Part shown: positions 25,176 to 38,400 of the stretch, in pieces
How the letters are laid out: each line of letters opens with the position of its first letter
Numbering within the stretch: position 1 is the first letter of the stretch
Assembly (NCBI RefSeq): GCF_037042905.1
Contig: NC_087250.1
Location: forward strand, 19,408,001 to 19,472,000
Length of the DNA stretch: 64,000 nt
Direction of reading: 5' to 3'
Source of the DNA: Lytechinus pictus
Lineage: Eukaryota
Notes under the pieces: generated by a model
Told to the model about the DNA's origin: nothing
Seen by the model: only the letters and a program-made list of their open reading frames with translations
Database searches by the model: none
Position numbers and translations under genes: made by a program

Positions 25176-28100
25176 TCATTCGGTCTCATCTTGTGGTTCT
25201 TGGTTTAATTCTTTGGCTTGGTTTTCTTTGGCTTGGTTCTCTTTCGGTTGAGATCTACGTTTGGCCAACTTAATTTCGTTGCCAACTTTGTTCCGCATAA
25301 CGATGCGGATTTCCGATGATGACACTCCTGGGAACTTTGACTTGACATGACCTGCAAAGGAACACGTAAAAAACAAAAAAAAAAAGATTATAGTCAAGGT
25401 AGGTAAATGAGAATCATAGCACGACTTGGGTGCCAATGGCCACTTGAAATTTTATTTGGCCACTAGAAATAAGAAAGAAGCTCTGTATTAGCCACAAACT
25501 TGTTAGGTTCTACAACACACAAGTCTATGATCAAATATATTTAATGTGTTATGTTCACCTGTAAATAAAAAGCTAAGCACTAGCCCTGCATAGATTGGGC
25601 AGTGATATCTTTTTATAATAAGTAGGCTGATACGGGCTATTCCAGAGTCAAAGACATTACAAATATGAACTAGATGGATCTTCGATTGCGAACTATAAAA
25701 AATCCTGCTTCCGCTATCGCACAATTTAAAGGATGTAACTTGTACTTTGAATACAAAGCTATGAACAAGTTTATACACTACAAGTTTACAAACATTTGGC
25801 TCATCAAATGTTCAGCTATTTCATAAAATGTGTACCATCAGGATCCATTACATAATTTGCCCAAATATGTAATGTCCATGATGGCACACATTTTCCACTA
25901 TAAACGAACAATGAATGAAGAAAATATTATCAAATCAAAATTGCTGGTAGCTTTGTAATCTGAGTAAAAATTACATAATGGACGGGTACATCTGTCAGAA
26001 GTGATCATGATATTGGGAAACCCTGTTATAACGAGCTCGCTTATAATGAAGTACAGGTAACCCTGTTTTAACAAGGTGGTCGGGACCATCAAATTTACCT
26101 CGTTATATTAAGCGGTACTTCGTTATAAACGGCAGATTTAATAATACATATAAAACACAGATTTACGATCGGGACCAAAGGATTCCCCTCGTTATAAGCG
26201 AGTTCGTTATAACGGGGTTTCCCTGTACCGCTTATAACGAGGAGAATCCTTTGGTCCCAATTGTAAATGTGTTTCTATATGTGTTATTGAATCTGCCGTT
26301 TATAACGAGATACCGCTTATGACAAGGTAAAATCGATGGTCCCAAACACCTCGTTATAAGGGGCCGAGATTTCTTGTGGGGGGGGGGGTGCGGGCTATAG
26401 ACTAACCTGGCCTGGTGAGGACTAAATACTGTTAACAATATTGACAGTACACACTTAATGCAACAAATAAATGTTTCTGAAATATTTTGCCGATTTGCAA
26501 GCTCGAACCATCATATAATTAGAAATTGTTATCTTGTATACGAGCAGTAATCAATGTTAATCATGGTTATGTACAAATTTTCTTTTTGAATCTGGGCCAC
26601 TTAGTCGAACTAAAATATTTATACATGAAGTAATTACCTGTGGTCGTGCTGATGATGGCGAGGATTGGGTGGAGGACTGGGTGGAGGAACGAGCGGGCGA
26701 GGATGATGGACAGTGCATCTCTTCATGATCAGCCTGCCAATGAAAACGAAAATCCATATTTCATACCATCAAATATTTACCAAGATTTTACTGCAAAGTA
26801 GGTCAAGCAATCAAAGGAAACAAAAGCAAACAGAAAATAGCAAATAGCATAAGAGATTTGCATGCATGTTTCCTCCTCTAAAAAATGACTTCTAAATAGT
26901 TACTAATTCCCACTGATTCAGTTTTCATAGACCTATACAATATAACGATCCATCCAGAGTAATTCATCATAAACACAAATGCACGCTGGCCTGGAATCGC
27001 TTTGCCTAAAGGAGTGATCACACAGTCATGACTATACCCACAAATGCTGTACACATTTGCCTGCGGTATTAACCTGTACGATCGTAGTTCGCCATGTATC
27101 GACCATACCTACATATGCTCAATGCATACTGTATGCATATTTGCGAATGCCACAAGAATGCAGTGAGACAGCAGTAAATATGCGATACTCTTCCATCAAG
27201 AAAGAAGAACCAGTACGAGGGTTACACACTTGGTACAATTGCAGTAAGAATGTCATAGGTATTGTCCACCATTCTTACTGCAATCATACTGAGTTCGCAA
27301 GACATCGTACTGGTTCTTCTCCATTCTTGATGGAAGTGTTATCGGATTCTTACTGCTTTCTCATGGCATTGGCAAATATGTGAACAGTAGACATAGAGCA
27401 CTAGTTCGTACCACATGCATACAGCAAATTCGTGGGTATAGTCATGTCCAGTGTGACCACCCCTTAAGATTCACAACATACCTTGAGTCTCGACATCTCC
27501 TCCATATCCACTATGAACCCTTTAAAGGTTTCGATGAATTTAGGCACTCCTTGAACAAAAACAAAATAACATAGATATTTATTCATACCACTAAAAATTG
27601 AACTATTTAAAACTATGAAGGTATTATATGAAGAAAAATTTGCCAAACCGAAGCTGAATACTCTAGAATGGAGAAGAGAGCTGGAGATTTAATACAAACA
27701 TAAGATCATGACACAGATAAAAAAAAGTAGAAAACTTCTTTGAGAGATTGGGATACCTCAGAAAAAGAAGCCACTCCATGAATTTCACAAAGTTCAGAAG
27801 GCTTATACAGAGTTGTTAACATATGGAACAAGTCCCCTCATTCCAACTTTTTTTTTTACCAACTATTCAACATGAATTATTTAAATGGGCTCAAAAGGGC
27901 ACCATAAACTAAAGGTTTGTTTAACGAATATGTGAGGTATATGACTATGAGGTATTGTCCAAGCATTTGAATACTAAATAATGGGAGGAAATACTGTACC
28001 TTGCAAAAACAACAGCTGTTGCTGTATCTTTTCCCTAACTGCCTTCTCCTTAGTCAGCTTCACCTGCAGATCCTCAGTCTCTCTCCTTGATTTCTCCAAC

Positions 28101-31100
28101 TGCTTTTTCAGGTCAATTATCTCACCACTTGTTCCACTTCCCGTTGCCGTACGTCCATTTGATTTTTTCTGTCAGAATGATAACAAATCGGACACTAGTT
28201 AAAAAGTATGGTTTATGAATGTGAACCAGCGCAATTACCTCGTCATAACAGGATTTAGTTAATTTTGACCAATAACAAGGTTTCACTGTGAATTAGGATT
28301 TGTAAGATTTTACATGGCAATTAGCATACTTATCTAACTAAATATATTGACTTTGTACATTTATAATGTTTAATTACTTAGCTAAATATGTTCAATGAAA
28401 ATTTTAAAGGATTCATTCAAATGTGTTAAAATTGTAGCAATCAATAGGAGGGCAAGTCCAAGATAAGGTCCCCTGAGAAGACAAAATTTCATCTTTGCTC
28501 AACATTGAAATGTTTGGTGTCATTTTGAAGCATGATAGTTGAAATTTAAAATTCTGTGAAGGAATAAATTGTATCATGCAAATTTATGCAAATTTCAGTG
28601 ACTTAATTTGCATAAATTAGAAATGCTGTGTTACGTATGGGACAAATATAAAAAAATCATTATTATTTAAAGAGGAAGATCAGTAGTGGGCGAGAGGGCG
28701 TTGGAACCATTTAACTATTTTGGGAGCTGGAATGAAAATAACTAAAAATACTGAAGTAAGATCATTAATTTTAAACAAATGTCACGTTTATTTGATCAAA
28801 ATCGGTTCAGAAATGGCTGAAATATCAAAGAAAACATATTTACTTTTGTACGTGGCCCACGTACAAAAGTCGATAACGGCCGTGTGTATTGATATTTGAA
28901 TTTTACGAACGAATTTTCGCTCTTCGATGGATACAAGATCAACCTTTTTTCATTCATAAAATCACACAGAAGTAAAATTAGGTGTCCAAAATTCCACGAT
29001 AGTTCTTTAATGATGTTTTCTTTATATAAATACCCATTAACCTGATTTCAAATACATTTCGAGTTCCTAAACCACTACTGATCTACACCTTTAAAGGAAC
29101 ACAATTGAAATTTTATTAATATGTGGACCTAAGAGGTTCATCATCTATTTTAATTTGGTATGAAAATTTATGCACGACGCAATTAATTATGCAAATTAGG
29201 TCGCGTCCTATCAGCGATTGTCCCATACGTAACAAATTGAGGACATTTTTTTAGTTTATTTCTGAATTTGTAAAAGTTATTGCAGTGCTATTCTGGGAAG
29301 TTCTAATTTATTGTGTTAAGAAGTTAGATACTGGTTAGAAAGAAAAGAAATAACAATTAGACCCATTTTTAATTAGCAAATGAAATAATGTTACGTATGT
29401 GACAATGTGTTACGTATGGGACATCCCCATATATATTGCATGCGAATGTACATGCAGCAGGCATCAATAGTTTCTCAGTACATGAATGGTCAATGAGCCT
29501 GCAGCATGCATCCCAATCTTGCAGCCACTGTCTTGAGACAATACTAGACTGCTGCATTCTAAATGGGGAGAGGTAGGTAAAATAAATCAGCATGAAATGT
29601 GTAAAATATATTAATTTAGGTAGAGCATAATCCATACAGAAGTCATCACTTCATTTGAGAACAATCTGAATATGAAGGAGCACATTTGTTCTTCAAGAAA
29701 TGCAACAACATTAAGCCATCCAGAAGAACCTGATTCAGATTGAAAGAATGCTATAATTTGATTAAAAAATACCCTCTTATTTATTAATTTGTAAGAAAGG
29801 TGAAAATATATGACATTCAGACAGTTGCCATTACTGTCAGCCTCGGAATCATGAGGAAGAAAACAAGTCTTGCAAAACAAAGTTCAGCTTTGCTAATGAA
29901 CCAGAGACAGATTTTTTTTTTTTACCTCCACCAGTTACTACCAATCAAGAAATTCACATCTTTACAGAGGAAAGTGTAGCTACTGAGTAAGATAAATACA
30001 GTGAAGAGGGATAACAAAAAAAAAAAAGAACAAATTTTACAAAAATTATGTGATGATGCAGAAGATGCCCATAAAAAATAGCCTTTCAGAAAAGTTTTGT
30101 TAGAAACTGTGACAACATCAAGAATTTTAACTGTGTATTATTTCATATTGTGGCCCCCCTGTTCAAGATTAAATCTACAGGTAGTAAAGATGTATTTGAT
30201 AAAAGCAAGGGTGTGTATGCTTTCATTTTAGAAATCATGCAACTGTTTCATGGCATTTCATATTTAGGGAAAATACACTAATATAGACCAAGAACGGTGC
30301 ACGGTGGTTCATTATATTCGCACAGAATGATCATACTTGTTTGTAGATCTATAGCTGGTATTACTCAAGTGGTTCTTCTTGAACAATAGAAAAGGCATTT
30401 TCACACAGTTTAATTATACAACTTAAAAGCCCAGTGAATGTATAAAAATTGCCCCCACCCCCAAATAAAAAAAAAAAAAAAAATATCATCAAAACTTCTA
30501 TAATAATTAGCACTAGTAAATACATGTTCAAATCAGTTAGTGGTTGATTAGCAGCATGCCCGTATGAAACAAAATAGATAAAAATGAAAAATATAATCAA
30601 ATATGATTATGGTTGTAAATTTTATTGGAATTTCATTTTCCTGACAATTTGCAAACAAATCTGATTAATTACAGCTTATTTCACTTTGGTAACCAGACCA
30701 AAAATCCAATATACGCTTTCCACACACTAAACGAATAGGGGAAAAAATGTCCCATACGTAACACGTCATATCTGTCTTTAATCAGAGCCTGTACTTAGAG
30801 CTTTCTGCCTTTTTACATGAAATTTATCCTTGGTAAACTTGAGTGCTGTGACTTTTATCACAGTGAGTTTCAAGGTTTTAAATGAAATACTTTCTGAGCA
30901 ATTTCAACTTGAAAAAGAAATTAAAAAAATCTCTTTTCTTCTGGTCCCATACGTAACAGCACACATTTTCTCTTCTAAAATCTCATTGTCAAGGTCATTT
31001 CTCACAATTTTTTACATGAATACACTTCTCCTGGATATCAATCACCATGGTTAAATTCAATGCAATCAAAGTTCCTTTACACCATTTTTCTGGAAATAAA

Positions 31101-34100
31101 AGCCTCTGAAATGTCCCATACGTAACACGCGCGTTATCTTGGACTTGCCCAGGACTGAGCATTTAGTTAATTGTCATATAACAGTGATTTTAGGACACTT
31201 TGCATATGTGAACAAACTTATAGCTTACTATGCATCAACAGGTACCTTAGATTAATCACGCTTGCAAGTTGCAATTCCAAGGTGTTTAAATAGCTGCACA
31301 TACCGTTTCATTGGCACCAAACATTTGCTTCCTGAGATCCCTGGCCATCTCATTGCACTGTGAAATTTTTGATTTTGATTTCTGAAAAAGGAAAAGATAG
31401 AAGTAAAAACAATTTTATGATTTTTTTTAAATAGTACTGTTTAGCATCTTGGGAATTGTCTAGGCACACAAGTTACACAACCATTGGCGATTGCAGTTAC
31501 TTCATGAAGAAAAATTTAGCAATATGTAGACGCTTAGAACCATCTGTATTAAGCACCCAAGAAATTTAAAAAAAGAGCAAAAACATGTTATTCTGTTTCT
31601 ACAAATTGAAAACAAATATCCCTCCTTATACATTTTAACCAGAACATTTGTTTATAAATATGATTGAGCTGCATAATATTGAAACAAAGCCAACAATGTT
31701 ATTTCTGTAAACTGTAAAGGATTTATTGACTATGTTTGTTGATGAGTTTGTAAATGATAACTGGATAGAAAGATTTTGTTAATCTGTCAGTCATCAAAAA
31801 TTACTTCCAGTGTTGGGATATCATATGACACATGTACACACACCTTTGTTTCTTTTGGTTGAGGCTCCTCATCATCCGTCTCCAACTCCGAAGATGAATA
31901 CATGTATGTGCGTGTTGGTTTCTTCTTTCTCTTCCCTCTCCCAGTTTCCTTATCAGTCTCCATTGATTGCCCGTCACACATCTTGTTCCTTTTTCTGATG
32001 AGATTATCCTTGGATCCTTTAAACAATTTTGAAACAAATTAAAAAATTAACTATACAATTTCAAACAAACTCACTTGGAGCTTTCCCACTCCTCATTTGG
32101 TTTGGTTTATGGAAATAATTAATACAAAAATCACTTTTCAAATGTCTCCATAATCATGATAATTGCTTTAACATATCAGGGAGACCCCGAAAATTTTTTT
32201 TAACAGGCTAGGGCACTTCTAAAAAATAATCATGCACATAATCATGTTTATGTCAGATTGTCAATTTCTAGTACCTACCTCATCATTCATGCAGCTCGTC
32301 AGCGCCACACATACAGACATAACTCTGGGGCGATCCGAATCCACTCAAAAGTGAACAAAAAACTAAAAAAGTTCACATTTGTGCAGTTGGCCACGGGAGG
32401 GAAGTCTCGGAAGCCATTAAATGACTGAATTTGTGCCGAATGGAGGGGGAAATCCGATTCTTTTATGGAGGCACAGCAAAGCTAGCATATTGCGTCATAT
32501 TTTGGTGGTAATTAAGTATTGCATGATTTTATTATTTTAAAGCTGAATTCAGCTGCACAAATGTGAACTTTTTTTGTTCACTTTTGAGTGGATTCGGATC
32601 GCCACGCGCAGCGTGGCAATCCTCGGAGTTAACAGACATGTAACTCCGGGGATCGCTAGCGCGACAGCGCTAGTGATCCGGAGCCAAAAATGTCTAATGG
32701 GAGTAATGCGCAGCGAAAAACTGCTTTAAAATAATTTAAAAAAAAAAAAAAAAAAAAATCTGCTAGCGATGCCCGGAGTTAAATAACAGACATGTTGATA
32801 ATGCATGTGAGGCTTGGTCTTGGAAATTTACTAGTACTACGTGATCATGTGGTCAGTGCCACTGTTTACATCGCACTCACTGCAATATACCAACATCATG
32901 GCAATGTACGAACATCAGAACATAAATCACAGACAATGTTTATAATATAGAAGAGTAGCTAGTAGAACATTCAAATACAAAGTCAAATTCAGTTAACAAA
33001 AATAACGGTAAAGCCTAAAGGTCTACAATTGCACACCCCCCTGGCATTTCAAAAGTGTATGGCCGATTGAGATGAAATTTGCACAAATTGATGCTCTAAT
33101 AATGATTAATACATTACGATATCGGCATCGACATCCAATGCGATCGCAATGGAGAGTAGTTGTTGCCTCCGATCGTACAACCAATTGTGATCAATCCCAA
33201 ACAATAATAACGCTGATCATAACATGTGATAAACTTTTTTCCATTATGAATATAAATTATAAGGGAAAAAATAACAGAAAAAAATGTAAAAAGTCTTGTT
33301 AATGTTATCACACTCACAGCGTTATAATTGTTTGTGATCCATCACAATTGGTTGTACGATCGGAGGCAACAACTACTCTCCATCGGCATCGCAATCGCAG
33401 CCATTGCCATGTTGACACCGATAAGGCGATATCGTGAGTTCCCGCCTTCGAATTTCTTTGAAATTTTTGTCACATATCAATCATTATTAGTTAGACTTAG
33501 AGCATCAATTTGTGCAAATTTCAATCGGCCAAATATTTGTTGAAATGCCAGGGGGGTGTGCAATTGTAGACCTTTTTTTACCAAAATAACAATTTGAATC
33601 AATATAGATCTAATTAATAGTACATTGACTGTAGGTAGTGGTACAAGTCAATGGACCATGTCAATTGACTGTTAACCCATCAGTGCCTAAGGCTAAGCCC
33701 CGCATATTTGTGGGATGGTAGTGATATTTTAACGAATAATGGCCAACAAAATTTACGACAAATACGAGTTGCCAATTTGTAGAGGAAAACAATGATCAAT
33801 TTGGCCTTTAGCCTTTAGGCTTTAAATAGCTCTCGTCCTTGATGGGTTAATGAGTCACAAGTAGATCTAGTACTAACATACACAAGGTGTTTTACACATA
33901 TGACAAGAATATATAGGATTAGGAATGGTGGCAGTGAGTGAGCATGTCAACAATAATGTTACATTCCCATGGCCATGCACACGTTTGTCTTCGGCTTCGC
34001 AGACGCAGTTTCTTTTTGGAAGGTTTAGGCTAGATCTATTTGAAAGTCGATTTGAACTTGAAGAAAAATATGTAGGCCTACGTTAAATTCTTTAGACTTA

Positions 34101-34482
34101 AATATTGTATGACATCAGATGTGTTCATTATGAGATTGTGCAGCCGATCATATAATTTTCAATTTGATTTTATGCAGAGAATATGTATTTTTGACATTAT
34201 TCGTTGACATGTACGTCATTGTTAGTAATGCATGCATGATGCATGGGACTGAGTTGCATGGGTACACCGTACGGACTTACTATTTACAGCCAACACTGTT
34301 GCTCGATACTTCTCCGTTTTGCTGCCACTGACCCACATAACTTCAACAGCTTGATCGACATAGCTTTCAGGATCCACATCCTTGTCCGTGTCTAATATCC
34401 AAGAAAATGGTCCAATTTCGACGCTGTCATCGCTTTCAAATTCAAAAAGACAGAAGAACTCGTCTGAAGCTGGTGGCGGCAT
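25176..34482 (-). CDS. Spliced gene: BEND5-like N-terminal region, acidic/basic linker, coiled coil, Ser-rich linker and partial BEN domain (possibly internally deleted)
   Basis: Exons 34482-34281, 32016-31844, 31381-31304, 28168-28000, 27549-27482 and 26733-26638 have GT-AG boundaries and matching phases (1,0,0,1,0). They give 262 aa: MPPPASDEFFCLFEFESDDSVEIGPFSWIL...KYRATVLAVNRSKDNL...DLKKQLEKSRRETEDLQVKLTKEKAVREKIQQQLLFLQGVPKF...SSPSSARPQ. The last exon 25351-25176 reads HVKSKFPGVSSSEIRIVMRNKVGNEIKLAKRR, resembling BEN C-terminal helices (recognised by eye), but needs phase 1. Confidence 0.75.
26015..26365. repeat. Intronic MITE-like repeat with CTCGTTATAAC motifs
   Basis: Multiple GTTATAAC(G) motifs and an internal inverted duplication (GGGACCAAAGGATTC / GAATCCTTTGGTCCC). 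Confidence 0.6.
27019..27455. mobile_element. Intronic MITE with CAC...GTG termini
   Basis: CATGACTATACCCAC / GTGGGTATAGTCATG TIR and further internal inverted matches. Confidence 0.7.
28450..31150. mobile_element. Sola2-like non-autonomous element in intron 3 of the BEN-like gene
   Basis: 17-bp TIR GGGCAAGTCCAAGATAA, 4-bp TSD AGGA, repeated internal motif TGTCCCATACGTAACA. Sola2 inferred from GRG termini and 4-bp TSD. Confidence 0.75.
28671..29090. mobile_element. Kolobok-like MITE nested in the Sola2-like element
   Basis: TTAA-AGAGGAAGATCAGTAGTGG ... CCACTACTGATCTACACCT-TTAA. Confidence 0.75.
33018..33574. mobile_element. Intronic palindromic MITE
   Basis: ~80-bp TIR AAGGTCTACAATTGCACACCCCCCTGGCATTTCAA... 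plus inner inverted repeats. Confidence 0.8.
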
Positions 34483-34499
34483 AGTGAAGCTGAGATCTT

Positions 34500-34640
34500 G
34501 AATGAAAAATAGACGATCGCGCGCGCCTTTCTACGATCCAATAAAAAAGGTGCACGCGCGTCACGTGATTTTTCGAGATACGCGCATGCGTCCTTCAGGT
34601 GATCACGATTGTCAAACAATCGCGTACATATTACATCGCA
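34500..34640 (-). promoter_or_regulatory. Putative CpG-rich promoter of the BEN-like gene
   Basis: Local CpG enrichment just upstream of ATG 34482, with an E-box GTCACGTGAT (~34560) and an NRF1-like GCGCATGCG (~34582). Confidence 0.5.
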
Positions 34641-35007
34641 TGATTTTACTGTTCAATGTCCATATTGCATGTAAAGATTAATTAGCCTATATAAATTTGT
34701 GTACAAATCCTGTGGGAATTGTTTTTTTTTTCAAAGAATAGTCAAAACCCTCATTATTTTTCTTTTTCATCACTGCAATCATTTGATTTGGGGCTAAAAG
34801 TTGTTGAATAATGTTCAATATTTTTTCCATAAAAAGAAAAACAAAAAAAATATAATATCAAACAAATACATAAGAAATTAAAAACCAAGAAATACATGAG
34901 GAATTTGTTGGCTATCACAATTTGTAATGTTAAAAACCAGTTTATTTAGTAAAAATGGATGTTGATACAGATAATAAGCATATTCTGAGCCATATTTAGT
35001 GATTAGG

Positions 35008-35437
35008 AGTACCACGGTAGTACCACGGTAGTACCACGATAGTACCACGGTTCTACAAGTACTTCAATTGTACCGCGGTACTATTGCAAGAGTACCACGG
35101 TAGTACCACGATAGTACCACGGTTCTACAAGTACTTCAATTGTACTGCGGTACTACTGCATAAGTACCACGGAAGTACCACGGTAGTACCACGATAGTAC
35201 CACGGTTCTACAAGTACTTCAATTGTACTGCGGTACTACTGCATAAGTACCACGGTAGTACCACGATAGTACCACGGTTCTACAAGTACTTCAATTGTAC
35301 TGCGGTACTACTGCATAAGTACCACGGTAGTACCGCGGTAGTACCGCGGTATACTACAAGTACTTCAATTGTACCGCAGTAGTACTGTGGTAGTACCGCA
35401 GTAGTACCGCGGTAATCGCAGTACTTTTTTACAAGGG
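35008..35437. repeat. Right subterminal array (AGTACCACGGT units within a larger ~65-76-bp repeat)
   Basis: Repeated gtaccacggtag and ctacaagtacttcaattgtactgcggtac blocks up to the TIR. Confidence 0.95.
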
Positions 35438-38400
35438 CTTAACTGGTCCAGTAAAGTGAACTCGACCAGTTAGACCAGTATGCCGTTTTTCCATTTTCCA
35501 GAATTACATTCTGTGAACTGGTTTTTCCTTCTTAATTGGCTGACATTAATTTGCAATTTTACTATACCATTGACATAACGCATGTCCCCGGTCTTCGGTC
35601 TTCGTTTTCCAAACCTGTTGTTGGGTGTCTGGAAAACGAAGACAGAAGACCGGGGATCGCGTCAATTCGTCTAGCTAAGATAGGCCTATAATATTCAGCA
35701 CCAGTTCAAGAATATTCTGATCTTGGATACGTCATCAGCTATGATTGGCTGCGGATAAGTTATGGTTATTTGTGTGAATATATATGCAGCTAGGGCATGA
35801 TAATAAGGATAACGTACATATTTCACCCACGGAATTCAGCCATTGCAATTCTGAAAACTGTCATGAAACTGAAAACTTGCATACAATACACCTCATACTG
35901 CGCAATCACGTACTTGTAAGCAGACTCAACTCAACTGGCGTTTGCAGTGCAACTATATTTTACTACCATTGACATTACGCATGTCCCCGGTCTTCGGTCT
36001 TCGTTTTCCAAACCTGTTGTTGGGTGTCTGGAAAACGAAGACCGAAGACCGGGGATCGCATTCGTTTAGCTAAGATACCACTTATAAATGTCATTATGAA
36101 GGCCTCTATTATTCAGCTCAAATTCAAGAATATTCTGATCTAGAATACATTAATGTCATTAATTGGCTGATAATGAAGTCATGTTAATTGCTTGTGTCAA
36201 TAATTAGTATAAGTAGACCAGTTGAAGCGGGATAGGTCTCCCAGTTTACACCACTATTCCACTGAGACAAGTAACAAACTCCAGTAATCAATCAGACCAG
36301 TTTCAAATTTCCAGTTAAAGGTTAACTCTAGACCAGTAATTTCAGACCAGTTTAATTCTTAACTGGTCCAGTAAAATGAACTCGACCAGTTAGACCAGTA
36401 TGCCGTTTTTCCATTTTCCAGAATTACATTCTGTGAACTGGTTTTTCCTTCTTAATTGGCTGACATTAATTTGCAATTTTACTATACCATTGACATAACG
36501 CATGTCCCCGGTCTTCGGTCTTCGTTTTCCAAACCTGTTGTTGGGTGTCTGGAAAACGAAGACAGAAGACCGGGGATCGCGTCAATTCGTCTAGCTAAGA
36601 TAGGCCTATAATATTCAGCACCAGTTCAAGAATATTCTGATCTTGGATACGTCATCAGCTATGATTGGCTGCGGATAAGTTATGGTTATTTGTGTGAATA
36701 TATATCAGCTAGGGCATGATATTAAGGATAACGTACATATTTCACCCACGGAATTCAGCCATTGCAATTCTGAAAACTGTCATGAAACTGAAAACTTGCA
36801 TACAATACACCTCATACTGTGCAATCACGTACTTGTAAGCAGACTCAACTCAACTGGCGTTTGCAGTGCAACTATATTTTACTACCATTGACATTACGCA
36901 TGTCCCCGGTCTTCGGTCTTCGTTTTCCAAACCTGTTGTTGGGTGTCTGGAAAACGAAGACAGAAGACCGGGGATTGCGTATTCGTCTAGCTAAGATAGG
37001 CCTATAATATTCAGCCCCAGTTTAAGAATATTCTGATCTTGGATACGTCATCAGCTATGATTGGCTTTGGATAAGTTATGGTTATTTGTGTGAATATCGT
37101 TATCAGCTAGGGCATGATATTAAGGATAACGTACATATTTCACCCACGGAATTCAGCCATTGCAATTCTGAAAACTGTCATGAAACTGAAAACTTGCATA
37201 CAATACACCTCATACTGCGCAATCACGTACTTGTAAGCAGACTCAACTCAACTGGCGTTTGCAGTGCAACTATATTTTACTACCATTGACATTACGCATG
37301 TCCCCGGTCTTCGGTCTTCGTTTTCCAAACCTGTTGTTGGGTGTCTGGAAAACGAAGACCGAAGACCGGGGATCGCATTCGTTTAGCTAAGATACCACTT
37401 ATAAATGTCATTATGAAGGCCTCTATTATTCAGCTCAAATTCAAGAATATTCTGATCTAGAATACATTAATGTCATTAATTGGCTGATAATGAAGTCATG
37501 TTAATTGCTTGTGTCAATAATTAGTATAAGTAGACCAGTTGAAGCGGGATAGGTCTCCCAGTTTACACCACTATTCCACTGAGACAAGTAACAAACTCCA
37601 GTAATCAATCAGACCAGTTTCAAATTTCCAGTTAAAGGTTAACTCTAGACCAGTAATTTCAGACCAGTTTAATTCTTAACTGGTCCAGTAAAGTGAACTC
37701 GACCAGTTAGACCAGTATGCCGTTTTTCCATTTTCCAGAATTACATTCTGTGAACTGGTTTTTCCTTCTTAATTGGCTGACATTAATTTGCAATTTTACT
37801 ATACCATTGACATAACGCATGTCCCCGGTCTTCGGTCTTCGTTTTCCAAACCTGTTGTTGGGTGTCTGGAAAACGAAGACAGAAGACCGGGGATCGCGTC
37901 AATTCGTCTAGCTAAGATAGGCCTATAATATTCAGCACCAGTTCAAGAATATTCTGATCTTGGATACGTCATCAGCTATGATTGGCTGCGGATAAGTTAT
38001 GGTTATTTGTGTGAATATATATCAGCTAGGGCATGATATTAAGGATAACGTACATATTTCACCCACGGAATTCAGCCATTGCAATTCTGAAAACTGTCAT
38101 GAAACTGAAAACTTGCATACAATACACCTCATACTGCGCAATCACGTACTTGTAAGCAGACTCAACTCAACTGGCGTTTGCAGTGCAACTATATTTTACT
38201 ACCATTGACATTACGCATGTCCCCGGTCTTCGGTCTTCGTTTTCCAAACCTGTTGTTGGGTGTCTGGAAAACGAAGACAGAAGACCGGGGATTGCGTATT
38301 CGTCTAGCTAAGATAGGCCTATAATATTCAGCTCCAGTTTAAGAATATTCTGATCTTGGATACGTCATCAGCTATGATTGGCTTTGGATAAGTTATGGTT

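Larger units (their letters stand above)
21446..35437. mobile_element. 14-kb non-autonomous CMC/EnSpm(CACTA)-like DNA transposon carrying a BEN-like gene
   Basis: Perfect 21-bp TIR CCCTTGTAAAAAAGTACTGCG at both ends. 2-bp TSD CT (21444-45 / 35438-39), confirmed by the empty site TTTAATTCTTAACTGG in sister repeat units (~36351, ~37668). Subterminal GTACYGCGGTA arrays at both ends. Superfamily inferred from CCC termini, 2-bp TSD and subterminal repeats; no transposase seen. Confidence 0.9.
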
